Below the pieces are notes generated by a model. That model made no database searches and was not told the origin of the DNA. It saw only the letters and a list, made by a program, of their open reading frames with translations. The position numbers and the translations under genes were made by a program. From a virus, in IMG/VR virus record IMGVR_UViG_3300046170_000391: 64,000 nt of DNA; one strand, given 5' to 3'. Below, one piece after another: positions 40,161 to 48,755 of this stretch. Each line of letters opens with the position of its first letter. The first letter of the stretch is position 1.

Positions 40161-40373
40161 TTAAAGTGCTCCTAAGTCAAATTGGCCTGTGACTGTAAAT
40201 ACGTTTGATGCGTTAGTTCCTATTATTACATTACCTTGTACGCTTAATAAGGCGTTATCTACGGTTGCCGCACTACTTATATTGATGCCTACATTACCGT
40301 TAGTATCAATCATAATTTTATCTGTTAGATCTCTACCAAGACCTCCCATAAACGGTGAAACTTTTGTACTCAT
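40161..40373 (-). CDS. Small structural protein (GNVGI beta motif)
   Basis: IDTNGNVGI. C-terminus GTNASN..T..G.FD.GA resembles that of 40418..42262. Confidence 0.65.
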   Translation of the reverse strand: MSTKVSPFMGGLGRDLTDKIMIDTNGNVGINISSAATVDNALLSVQGNVIIGTNASNVFTVTGQFDLGAL

Positions 40374-40417
40374 AATAACCTTTCTAACATAATTAACCTA
40401 CGTGGTCAATATAATTC

Positions 40418-42262
40418 TTAACTGAAGGCTCCACAGTCTAATATACCTACAATAGTAACTGTATTTGAAGCGTTTGTTCCTAGTGTTGTGTTTGCTACTA
40501 CTGCTAAATCATTTGAGAAACTAGTGTCTCCCGAAGCATCAGCGGTAACTGCTTTTGAAGCGGCGGTAGTGCCTAGAGTAATTCCATCAATCATACCAAG
40601 CTCGGTAGGTGTGACTGCGCTGGAAGCTGCTATTTTACCGTCGCCGTTAGTAATCATCACTCGATCACCAGTTAAGTCACTAGTAAGAACAGTAGATACT
40701 GCACCTGCAATGTTAGCTACACGACGTGCTTCAACGGCTGTAGAGGCTGCTGCCGCAACAGTAGCATTGTCTGCAATAGCAGTGTGTACAGATAATCCAT
40801 CATATTTAAGGGTAGCTGCGTCTACGATACCTACGCTTAAGTTAGAAGCAGTAACAGGAGATAGTGATGTATTAGATTTTGGATCTTTAGTGTCACTAAG
40901 CTTAAATGTTTTCGCTGATTCATCATAGAAAAGAGCAGCATTACCTTGATTACCACGATTAAAAAGCAAACCTACATCTGCACTTGGAGAACCTGATACT
41001 CCATCGGCTAGCATGATTATACGGTCTTCCACATCAAGGTTAGTTGTAGACACTGTAGTAGTGTCACCATTGATTGTTAAATTTCCAGTTATCACAACAT
41101 CATCAGTGAATGTAGTAGTAATATTATTGGCGGCTCGTCTTGCCTCAACCGCATCAAGCTGTGTCTGGATCGCACCAGAAACTCCACTTACATGGTTTAA
41201 CTCTGCTAGCGTAGTAGTCGCAACACCAACTTTTCCTGAACTGTCAGATGCTAAAGCGCGAGATGCTGTAAGGTTGCCTGTTGTAATTGTAGATACTGCA
41301 CCAGCAATATTTGCTACGCGTCTCGCTTCTACTGCTGTAGTAATACCTACATTAGTAGTAAGTCTAGACTGGATAGCAGTAGCTTCAGCAGCTACATTAT
41401 CTTGAACAACGTCAAGATTCGCATTTAAACGAGTTTCTACACTACTAGCAGATACAATTGCGGCAACATTATCTTGAACTAAATCAATATTTGCAGTAAG
41501 ACGGGTAAAGGTTACAAAATCGTTAGCAGCTGCTACAAGAGTATTAGCCGCTATTCGAGCTTGAAGCGCTGTATCTTCATTAGTAAACGCTGTAACGTTA
41601 GTAGCTAAACGAGACTGTAAAGCTGTATCTTCGTTAGTAAACGCTGTAACGTTAGTAGCTAAACGAGACTGTAAAGCTGTATCTTCGTTAGTAAACGCTG
41701 TAACGTTAGTAGCTAAACGAGACTGTAAAGCTGTATCTTCGTTATTCATTACTGTAACGTTAGCAACTCTACGAGCTTCTACAGCGGTAGTAGTAGCTAC
41801 ATTAGTAGTAAGCCTAGCTTGAACATCTATTAATTCTTGGGCAACGTTTGCCACACCACCTGCACTAGGAGTGGTGACATTTGCTTGCTCACCAGAAGCA
41901 CCTGTAACAGTAAACCCCTCATTACCTAGAGCTGAGAGAGTAATACCACCAAGTTTGATAGATGCGCCTGTGAGATGTAGATCTTTCCATTTTTTAGCGG
42001 CAGACCCAAGGTCATACACTCCATCTGTTAAAGGAATTAAATTAGCACTTAGAGTTACTGTATGACCGTCAGTATCAACAATTGAGGCAACATTCGATTG
42101 AATTTGCACTACATTTTGATTTTCATTAGTATCAATAGTAGAGATTAGATTGGCAAGAGTAACCGATTTGGTTTCATCATTTTCAATATCAACTGCTACA
42201 AACTGAGTATTTGCTACGGGAGTTTGTAAATTATTAAGTTCGGTAATCTTTTTATTAGCCAA
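40418..42262 (-). CDS. Long coiled-coil fibre protein
   Basis: KKITEL N-terminus, YDLGS..KKWKDL domain, 18-aa repeats; paralogous to 5582..6712. Confidence 0.8.
   Translation of the reverse strand: MANKKITELNNLQTPVANTQFVAVDIENDETKSVTLANLISTIDTNENQNVVQIQSNVASIVDTDGHTVTLSANLIPLTDGVYDLGSAAKKWKDLHLTGASIKLGGITLSALGNEGFTVTGASGEQANVTTPSAGGVANVAQELIDVQARLTTNVATTTAVEARRVANVTVMNNEDTALQSRLATNVTAFTNEDTALQSRLATNVTAFTNEDTALQSRLATNVTAFTNEDTALQARIAANTLVAAANDFVTFTRLTANIDLVQDNVAAIVSASSVETRLNANLDVVQDNVAAEATAIQSRLTTNVGITTAVEARRVANIAGAVSTITTGNLTASRALASDSSGKVGVATTTLAELNHVSGVSGAIQTQLDAVEARRAANNITTTFTDDVVITGNLTINGDTTTVSTTNLDVEDRIIMLADGVSGSPSADVGLLFNRGNQGNAALFYDESAKTFKLSDTKDPKSNTSLSPVTASNLSVGIVDAATLKYDGLSVHTAIADNATVAAAASTAVEARRVANIAGAVSTVLTSDLTGDRVMITNGDGKIAASSAVTPTELGMIDGITLGTTAASKAVTADASGDTSFSNDLAVVANTTLGTNASNTVTIVGILDCGAFS
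41568..41744. repeat. 54-bp tandem repeat (~3.3 near-identical copies)
   Basis: gctgtatcttc starts at 41568, 41622, 41676 and 41730; encodes NEDTALQSRLATNVTAFT. Confidence 0.95.
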
Positions 42263-42782
42263 TGATCATTTCCTCGCCTGATTGAGTTAACAGAAAATCG
42301 CGCAGTTCTGTATCACTGTTGCGCTTCTGTAAATTTAAGTAATCTTGAGTTATAAACAGTTTTCCACCCTGTTGAGTGTGTAACTCAAATCCATCTTGCA
42401 TAATTATAATGTTCTTATCAGCAAGCTGTCTAATTATAACTTCTGAGTTTTGAGTTATAATAAATCCAGAACCGTCTTCTAACTCAACTCCAAAGCCTTC
42501 TTGAATAGGAGCTGCTTGACGTAGTATAAACTGGTCTGACTCTGTGGATAATAGTTGGTCGTCTGCTTGAAGAAGAATTCCAAATACATCTTCGTTTCCT
42601 GCAAATTGACGAACTAGAAAGTCAAGAGCTTGAGTCTGGATAAACTCACCTGACTGAGTAAGAATAGCAGTGATATCACCGCCATCGCCATCATCTACAG
42701 GAGGAGTAGGTACAACTGCGTCTGTTCCAAAAAATCTTTTGATAGATGACAGTGATAGAGCGAGTCTAAGGCGCGTAATCAT
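42255..42782 (-). CDS. Structural protein with repeated LxTQ/ExG motifs
   Basis: ILTQSGEFIQTQ, LEDGSGFIITQ and LLTQSGEE repeats. Confidence 0.65.
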   Translation of the reverse strand: MITRLRLALSLSSIKRFFGTDAVVPTPPVDDGDGGDITAILTQSGEFIQTQALDFLVRQFAGNEDVFGILLQADDQLLSTESDQFILRQAAPIQEGFGVELEDGSGFIITQNSEVIIRQLADKNIIIMQDGFELHTQQGGKLFITQDYLNLQKRNSDTELRDFLLTQSGEEMIIG

Positions 42783-43120
42783 TAGTCACGCTCACTTATA
42801 TATAGCACTCCTGTACCTGTGGTAGCAATAATTGAAATATACTTATCGTTTTGCGACGGAACATTGTCTGCTCCCAGTGAAATGTCATAGGGAATTTGGG
42901 CAGGTATAAAATGTGAGTTAGAGGTATTAGCCTCAATAGTAGCTGTCCCGGTTTCAAAAAATGCATTCACCGTAGAATAAAGAGTTACTACACGGGTAGC
43001 GTCTGATATCTGCGGTGATGTGTTAGCTGATGTAGTAAAAGGAACTTGATATCCACGATGCTGCTTGAAAGCTAGTACGGGAATTGGATCGTTTCCGTCA
43101 TCTCTTGGTTGTTTACTCAT
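42782..43120 (-). CDS. Hypothetical virion protein
   Basis: Beta-rich, ends GVLYISE; SD AGGAG. Confidence 0.65.
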   Translation of the reverse strand: MSKQPRDDGNDPIPVLAFKQHRGYQVPFTTSANTSPQISDATRVVTLYSTVNAFFETGTATIEANTSNSHFIPAQIPYDISLGADNVPSQNDKYISIIATTGTGVLYISERD

Positions 43121-43130
43121 GTCTTTTCTC

Positions 43131-43352
43131 CTAATTCTCCACGAACTCTACAATATAATACTCGTCTGATGTTGAACTTTTCTCTAACACAACAGTATCT
43201 TTTTTACAAGAATATCTGCTTCCTGCTTTCTTACCGATGTTACGCTCAATCTTTCTTTTAACGCCTAAACAATTAGATAGTGTAAAATGAGGAGTCCATT
43301 CGATTGGGCCTCCACCCATTGTCAAAAATAATACAAATAGTGTTTCAGTCAT
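43131..43352 (-). CDS. Small protein with N-terminal hydrophobic segment and two Cys
   Basis: Translationally coupled to the upstream gene. Confidence 0.65.
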   Translation of the reverse strand: MTETLFVLFLTMGGGPIEWTPHFTLSNCLGVKRKIERNIGKKAGSRYSCKKDTVVLEKSSTSDEYYIVEFVEN

Positions 43353-43768
43353 TAGTGATTTCCGTTCTTCATTTCTAGTAAACCGTCTTTTAATTTTTCT
43401 AATGAATCTTCAAGATTGTGTATACGCTTTTCATAAAAATCGAGTGTTAACTTTTGCTGTTGGTCAAACGGTGCTCGACCTTCTTCAATTTCAGTTGTTA
43501 ATTTTTCAAGTTCACTAGCTATGTGTTCTATTAACATAAACTGCTCTGAGTCTGCTGGTAGTGCTCCCAGTTCACCACGAGGCCACTTAATACGAAACTC
43601 TGTGTTTTGAGTTACATCACTTTGCATCATAGTGATCTCTGTTTCAGTTTGATTAAGTCGCTCTATAATGCCAAAGTATGCCCATGTTGCGATTGCCGCA
43701 CCTGCAATTAAACTGATAAGGTTACGCAAGGGTAGTGCTACGTTTGTGTCATCTGATATCTTAGGCAT
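43352..43768 (-). CDS. Membrane-anchored coiled-coil protein
   Basis: N-terminal TM segment, EFRIKWPRG motif, coiled coil. Confidence 0.7.
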   Translation of the reverse strand: MPKISDDTNVALPLRNLISLIAGAAIATWAYFGIIERLNQTETEITMMQSDVTQNTEFRIKWPRGELGALPADSEQFMLIEHIASELEKLTTEIEEGRAPFDQQQKLTLDFYEKRIHNLEDSLEKLKDGLLEMKNGNH

Positions 43769-43997
43769 TCTTTATCTCATCGCGGGGCGGCACCCAGCTT
43801 TCATTTGCTTTGCGCGAAGCGCTTGCGATTTTTTTATGTCTTTCGTCCCAGCTCACACGATTCAATTCGTTATCCACGTGTTGTCGAACATATTCATCAA
43901 TCCACCCATCATCTCGTGTTGGAGCACAGTCCCAGTCATCTGTTGGATCATTGATGAAGTCACCAACCCCAGTCATGTCTTGCGTGAATCGGTTCAT
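43761..43997 (-). CDS. Hypothetical protein
   Basis: Overlaps the terS stop and the downstream start. Confidence 0.6.
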   Translation of the reverse strand: MNRFTQDMTGVGDFINDPTDDWDCAPTRDDGWIDEYVRQHVDNELNRVSWDERHKKIASASRKANESWVPPRDEIKNA

Positions 43998-44443
43998 TCC
44001 ATTAAATCTCGCATCAGCTTGTCATAATTGTTAATCTGTACAGCTACAGCAGGGCCAGAAGCCTTCGGCTTCAAGCTCGTCTCCACCTCTTGTAGATGCT
44101 TCATCCAGTCGAGAAGGTCTTTTTTAGAGTAGATGCCTGTTTCCACAGCTTCTTGTATCTTTTGGTCAATGACTGAATTGATTAAATTGATGCGCTTAAT
44201 TCGATTAAGATATCCTTGCGTGGCGAAGACTGAATCAATGTAGTTCTTCACTTCCTTTTTCTCTATGACCGCTGTAACGCGGTCTTCAGATATTCCATAC
44301 TCATCAGCTATTTCGTTTACGCCCTTACCGGATAGGTAATCGTTAGCTAGCGCAAGCACAACCGGGTCCAGAGGCGGAGCCTCTAAGCTGCGGTTTAGTG
44401 CATCAACAGACGTAGTAACCTGTGTTTTATTATTCGATGTCAT
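43994..44443 (-). CDS. terS: Terminase small subunit (T5-type)
   Basis: LALANDYL…EVKNYIDSVF…GY.NR…SKKDLLD…NYDKLM pattern of T5-like TerS. Confidence 0.85.
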   Translation of the reverse strand: MTSNNKTQVTTSVDALNRSLEAPPLDPVVLALANDYLSGKGVNEIADEYGISEDRVTAVIEKKEVKNYIDSVFATQGYLNRIKRINLINSVIDQKIQEAVETGIYSKKDLLDWMKHLQEVETSLKPKASGPAVAVQINNYDKLMRDLME

Positions 44444-44859
44444 GTTGTTATCTCCACATCATAAGTTATATTTATACTTAGGTCACATACTCCATACGGG
44501 TTCATCAAGCCTTCGTCAGTACGTACCGTAGTTATTACTGCAGACTCAACCTGATGTTGGCGATAAGTTTCAGCAAATGTTTGAACACGTTGCTCAATCT
44601 CATGCGCTAGAAGTTCTGCTGCCTCAGTAGATCCTTCTCCATAGGTATACCCTCTTAACTCAATGATAAGTGCTGCAAGCTTACGTCCAGCACCGCGATG
44701 CAATCGCGCCTCCCTACGGGGGACAAAGGTAATTGCAGGATAATCATTTAACTCGTCAATCCAACGATATGATTTATATACATTACGCGGTTCAACACTA
44801 GATATAGCTTGAAGATGCGTCACAAATGAATTGACAACATCAGTACGCCTATTTGCCAT
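44440..44859 (-). CDS. Tail-terminator-like paralog 2
   Basis: RRTDVV…IDELNDYPAI…LRGYTYGE…TDEGLMNPYG. Confidence 0.8.
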   Translation of the reverse strand: MANRRTDVVNSFVTHLQAISSVEPRNVYKSYRWIDELNDYPAITFVPRREARLHRGAGRKLAALIIELRGYTYGEGSTEAAELLAHEIEQRVQTFAETYRQHQVESAVITTVRTDEGLMNPYGVCDLSINITYDVEITT

Positions 44860-45287
44860 TAGTCTTCCTCATAAACCATTTCCACCTCTACATCAACTAT
44901 TCCATATGGAGAGAATAGCCCTTCATCAGTTGAGATTGCAATAACCTGTGATCGATGAACTGACAGGTTTGCCGCGTTAGCGGCATAGTCGGTAACTACA
45001 GTCTCAATATCATGTGCTAAGTTCTCAGAATCGTAAATCGAGTCTTCATCACTCATTACATATGCTCTAATAGATTGTCGCAGAGATCTGAGGTGTTGTC
45101 CATCACCTATTTCAACTAAATCTTCACGTGGAGTTCCCCCTAGTGTGATAGTAGGAAAATCGTTAATATCATCTAGATACTTATAGCCACGAGATACTTG
45201 ACTCACGTTAGTGAGGTTGCCGTTGGTAGTATTTATCGTAGATAAACGGTCTACAAGATAATTTAGGATTTCTGTACGTCGGGCCAT
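44859..45287 (-). CDS. Tail-terminator-like paralog 3
   Basis: RRTEIL…YLDDINDFPTI…IRAYV…DIE…TDEGLFSPYG. Confidence 0.8.
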   Translation of the reverse strand: MARRTEILNYLVDRLSTINTTNGNLTNVSQVSRGYKYLDDINDFPTITLGGTPREDLVEIGDGQHLRSLRQSIRAYVMSDEDSIYDSENLAHDIETVVTDYAANAANLSVHRSQVIAISTDEGLFSPYGIVDVEVEMVYEED

Positions 45288-45422
45288 GCACGTTCAATCA
45301 CTTCCTCTATTGAATTACACTCTGTGACAATTTTCAAATACGCATCAGATTTGTCTTGTTGATAATTATACCAACGTAGTATATAGTAACAAACCTGCCA
45401 ATCAGATATTTCTAAAAAATTA

Positions 45423-45680
45423 TCAGTAAACCAATCTTTGACCTAATTCGGGCACAGGCAGGTACGTTTCTAAAACATGATTTTTTTCAGTTTGTTGTGG
45501 TACAAAAGAAGGATGCAAAGGGCATGATAGGTCAAGGCATTGAAAACCTCTGTGATCTATAGGTATGCCTAACTCGTCATAGCCTACTGGGACTAACCCT
45601 CCCCAGTAAAAATTACCGGAGTCATCATCGTCAGTATCCACTGTATTAAATACTAAAGGTCCGTACTTGTATTTTTCCAT
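45423..45680 (-). CDS. Hypothetical protein (start re-placed to ATG 45680)
   Basis: SD GAGG before MEKYKYGP; promoter lies upstream. Confidence 0.65.
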   Translation of the reverse strand: MEKYKYGPLVFNTVDTDDDDSGNFYWGGLVPVGYDELGIPIDHRGFQCLDLSCPLHPSFVPQQTEKNHVLETYLPVPELGQRLVY

Positions 45681-45738
45681 ATTTTCCTCATAAAAATTTT
45701 TTAACATTGTCCTAATAGTTGAATTAGAAATTAAGTCT

Positions 45739-45767
45739 ATAGTACTATTCCCTTTAAGGGATGTCAA
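45739..45767 (-). promoter_or_regulatory. sigma70-type late promoter TTGACA-17-TACTAT
   Basis: Reverse strand reads ttgaca tcccttaaagggaatag tactat at the head of the late region. Confidence 0.75.
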
Positions 45768-45832
45768 TTTAAGTTTGCATTTAGGCAGTTCGTGATGGTA
45801 ATATAAGTTTTTATGTCTAAACGGAGAATGCG

Positions 45833-46831
45833 ATGCAAGGACAGAGAACAGATATAGACCAATCAAATAAAGCTTTTTTACAAAGGATAAAAAATAAATG
45901 TATACTCAATGAAAATAGTTGTTGGATATGGCAAGGGACTTGTAACCAACGTGGTAGACCTATGGTATCTTGGAAAGGTATGCAAGGCTTAGTATACAGA
46001 TACACATATCTTGCTAAACACGGTAAACCTATTAAAAAAGGACTTTATGCGTGCCACTCTTGTGACGAGAAGCTGTGTTGTAATCCAGATCATATATTTG
46101 AAGGAACTAATAGAGATAATCAAATAGACTTTATGATAAAGAATGAGGGAATTATACATAATGGTTTTAATACCTATGGAGATAAGTACTGGGATGGAAG
46201 ACCAAAGATAGAATTAAAATTAATGATACCTTCAAATCTATCGGATGAAGAACGCTTTAAATGGTATAGGGATAAATATTGTCATCATGACGAAAATGGT
46301 TGTTGGATCTGGTTAAGAGAAGTTGGAGAAGACGGTTATGGTCGACTTAAGTATAGATCAAAGAAACATCAATCTCATAGAGTGATGTGGATGTTAGCTA
46401 ATGATAAAACTCCAGAAGACTTAGAACAGCTTAAAAAAGACAACCTGGTAGTAGGGCATGTATGCCCAGTAGAAGGAGCGCCTAACAAAGCTTGTTGTAA
46501 TCCTGACCATTTAGAAATCAGAACTCGATCACAAAATGGATTAGATACAAGAAGCTACTCAAAGCAAAGAAAGGAAGAACTGTACACAGACGAACAACTT
46601 TACGAGTGGCTTCACATTTATGAATTTGTAATAAATGAGTTGGGAGAAAATCATAAACTACTTAAATCGGCTAATGGAGGTAAGAATTACAAATTAATAG
46701 CAGATGGATTAATAGATTTAGGACTCGTTAATGAAAATATACGCTGTCAGTATCTAAAAGATTTATTAAGAGGTAAAAGTGCAAAACATATTCATAATGA
46801 GTTTTTTGATTGGACTCCATTATGGAAGTGA
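45833..46831 (+). CDS. Homing endonuclease with two HNH (His-Cys/Zn-loop) domains
   Basis: Two copies of CWIW…H.C….CCNPDH…N. Confidence 0.88.
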   Translation: MQGQRTDIDQSNKAFLQRIKNKCILNENSCWIWQGTCNQRGRPMVSWKGMQGLVYRYTYLAKHGKPIKKGLYACHSCDEKLCCNPDHIFEGTNRDNQIDFMIKNEGIIHNGFNTYGDKYWDGRPKIELKLMIPSNLSDEERFKWYRDKYCHHDENGCWIWLREVGEDGYGRLKYRSKKHQSHRVMWMLANDKTPEDLEQLKKDNLVVGHVCPVEGAPNKACCNPDHLEIRTRSQNGLDTRSYSKQRKEELYTDEQLYEWLHIYEFVINELGENHKLLKSANGGKNYKLIADGLIDLGLVNENIRCQYLKDLLRGKSAKHIHNEFFDWTPLWK

Positions 46832-46957
46832 CTTCGCGTCCCAGATTTTCGAAAAATCCCTGGTCGAGGCTCAGTGGAGGTAAGTAAGTCGGCGGCACAA
46901 CATGTATGGGGTAAAACCCCCCTACCTACTACATATAGCCCCTAGCTAACCCCTAGC

Positions 46958-47060
46958 TAACCCCTTGAAAACAAAGGAAAATAAAAATGACAACCCATTG
47001 AAAACATTGGAAACTATTTTGCGTCTTGCCCTTGACTTTAACCCCTTGGATGCTTATATT
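46958..47060 (+). promoter_or_regulatory. Pre-early promoter module 1 (two IHF-like sites + CTTGAC-17-TTATAT)
   Basis: taaccccttgaaa at 46958, caacccattgaaa at 46991, -35 at 47031. Confidence 0.8.
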
Positions 47061-47091
47061 ATATATATAAAGTTAATAAGGAGATTCAAAA

Positions 47092-47322
47092 ATGTTTATC
47101 AACTATCGCTTAAAAGCTAAACGTCAAATGGCAATCTTTGCTACTCTCGGCTTCGCTGGCTTCGCTCTTATCGTGATGTCTGGCTTGGCTATGGCTACAA
47201 CCCCTCACCAGGACTTTGCTTTTTGGGCAATGATGGGCGTTGGCATGGTTGGGTTCTTCACTCTGTTCTGGTCAATCCTTGGTTTTATCTTTGGTTTGAT
47301 CGACTACAAATCTTTATCATAG
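47092..47322 (+). CDS. Small 2-TM membrane protein
   Basis: SD AAGGAG; two hydrophobic helices. Confidence 0.8.
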   Translation: MFINYRLKAKRQMAIFATLGFAGFALIVMSGLAMATTPHQDFAFWAMMGVGMVGFFTLFWSILGFIFGLIDYKSLS

Positions 47323-47330
47323 GAGTTACC

Positions 47331-47390
47331 ATGATTGAAATTTTCATAGCACTTGAAATTGGTTATATCATCTATCTAATGGCTCAATAG
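47331..47390 (+). CDS. 19-aa hydrophobic micro-ORF
   Basis: SD AGGAG; MIEIFIALEIGYIIYLMAQ. Confidence 0.55.
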   Translation: MIEIFIALEIGYIIYLMAQ

Positions 47391-47398
47391 GAGGCGTA

Positions 47399-47521
47399 AT
47401 GTTCCATTATAAAGAAATTAAAGAAGCAATCGTCGAACACAAAATCGGCTCGGCTATTGTAGGTTCCACTACAACTTATCTGATTTGGTTTGCTGGATCA
47501 GTTTTAATGGGGGCATTTTAA
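47399..47521 (+). CDS. 40-aa membrane micro-protein
   Basis: SD AGGAGG; MFHYKEIKEAIVEHKIGSAIVGSTTTYLIWFAGSVLMGAF. Confidence 0.65.
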   Translation: MFHYKEIKEAIVEHKIGSAIVGSTTTYLIWFAGSVLMGAF

Positions 47522-47661
47522 TGGATTTTGATCTAGACCAAATAGAAAAAGAAATGGACAAGATGACAAAAGAAATGTCATTAGAAGAAATCGCGGCAAT
47601 GGAAAAAGAAATTGTCGAGGGCTTCGGCCAATCATTCGAGGATATATTCGGGGCTGACTAG
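47521..47661 (+). CDS. 46-aa acidic micro-protein
   Basis: TAATG coupling; MDFDLDQIEKEMDKMTKEMSLEEIAAMEKEIVEGFGQSFEDIFGAD. Confidence 0.65.
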   Translation: MDFDLDQIEKEMDKMTKEMSLEEIAAMEKEIVEGFGQSFEDIFGAD

Positions 47662-47773
47662 CCCCGATTTTCTTATATAATACAAACACTTACGGCAATT
47701 GGCGCCGGCCCTACAAAAAACTCAATGATTACAATGCCTTAGCTACCCCAAGGCATACCCGGCGATTTGCCTC

Positions 47774-47876
47774 TAAGTCATTGATTTTATTAGATAATAA
47801 AAATGATAACTCATTGATTTCATTGGAAACTATTTTCACCTTACCCCTTGATTTTTACCCTTACAATGCTTATATA
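47774..47876 (+). promoter_or_regulatory. Pre-early promoter module 2 (two consensus IHF sites + CTTGAT-17-TTATAT)
   Basis: taagtcattgatt at 47774, taactcattgatt at 47807, -35 at 47847. Confidence 0.82.
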
Positions 47877-47911
47877 TAATATATAGAAAGAAACATTAAA
47901 GGAATAAATAA

Positions 47912-48382
47912 ATGACTATCAAAAATATCACAATCTTTGACCTAGACGGAACCATTATCGATAGCTCGCATCGCCAAGCTACACTTCCAGATGGCACGTT
48001 AAATCTGCCAGCGTGGATTGAAAATTCCACAGCTGAAAAGATTTTTGGTGATACTGTTTTACCATTAGCTACACAGGTTCGTCGTCGTCAAAAGGCTGGC
48101 GATTATGTTATGGTTTGCACAGCTCGCAATATGAGCGATGCAGATTTTGAATTTCTGCAAGATGTCGGCATTTGCCCTCACAAGATTATCAGTCGTCCAG
48201 ATGGCAATCAAACGCCAGATGGTGAGTTAAAAGCGAAACAACTTAAAAGCTTTTTATCTCTTAAACAGTTTCAAAAAGCCTCAAAGGTTATGTTTGATGA
48301 TGCGGCTTCGGTTCGCACTGCACTTCGCAAGATTGGAATTGCAGTTATTCATCCAGAAAAAATCGAAAAAAAAGTTGCATGA
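47912..48382 (+). CDS. HAD-superfamily phosphatase (PNKP-phosphatase-like), copy 1
   Basis: IFDLDGTIID, CTAR, LK and MFDD motifs. Confidence 0.9.
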   Translation: MTIKNITIFDLDGTIIDSSHRQATLPDGTLNLPAWIENSTAEKIFGDTVLPLATQVRRRQKAGDYVMVCTARNMSDADFEFLQDVGICPHKIISRPDGNQTPDGELKAKQLKSFLSLKQFQKASKVMFDDAASVRTALRKIGIAVIHPEKIEKKVA

Positions 48383-48385
48383 CCC

Positions 48386-48414
48386 CTTGACATTTGGGGT
48401 TGCAATGCTTATAT
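48386..48414 (+). promoter_or_regulatory. Pre-early promoter 3 CTTGAC-17-TTATAT within a GACCCC/GGGGTT hairpin
   Basis: Same core as the other modules. Confidence 0.8.
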
Positions 48415-48444
48415 ATAAGGTATAGGAAACGAAAGGTTGAAATT

Positions 48445-48645
48445 ATGTTTGGATGGATTGGATCATTTTTAGTTATCGCTCAGATGATGGCTTTGACAGT
48501 CGGGCTACCAACACACACTGCAATCATGGTTGGATTTGCTGGGGCTTGTTGTTGGATTGTCCACGCTATTCGGCGTGATGACAAGCCATTGCTTTTTGTT
48601 AATACAGCAGTTTTAATGACTGCACTTGTGGGGTTGATGCCATGA
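48445..48645 (+). CDS. Small 3-TM membrane protein (start re-placed)
   Basis: MFGWIGS…CWIVH…D.PL..VN; the ORF-track start lies inside the promoter. Confidence 0.75.
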   Translation: MFGWIGSFLVIAQMMALTVGLPTHTAIMVGFAGACCWIVHAIRRDDKPLLFVNTAVLMTALVGLMP

Positions 48646-48755
48646 AATATAATATCAAAAAAATTATGGTTGGATTATATCTGGCCTATTCAGTCGCAAC
48701 AGATACAATCATCTGGGGTGGCGCGCTTTATCTCTTAATCAATGGGGGTTTCTAA
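48642..48755 (+). CDS. 37-aa membrane micro-protein
   Basis: ATGA and TAATG overlaps on both sides; MKYNIKKIMVGLYLAYSVATDTIIWGGALYLLINGGF. Confidence 0.65.
   Translation: MKYNIKKIMVGLYLAYSVATDTIIWGGALYLLINGGF

Noticed and set aside
5582-42262. Diversity-generating retroelement or invertase-driven fibre switching
   Set aside because: No reverse transcriptase or recombinase in the window, and no adenine-specific TR/VR pair seen.
5745-44034. Numerous plus-strand ORFs antisense to structural genes
   Set aside because: Shadow ORFs from codon bias of the minus-strand genes; no SDs or motifs.
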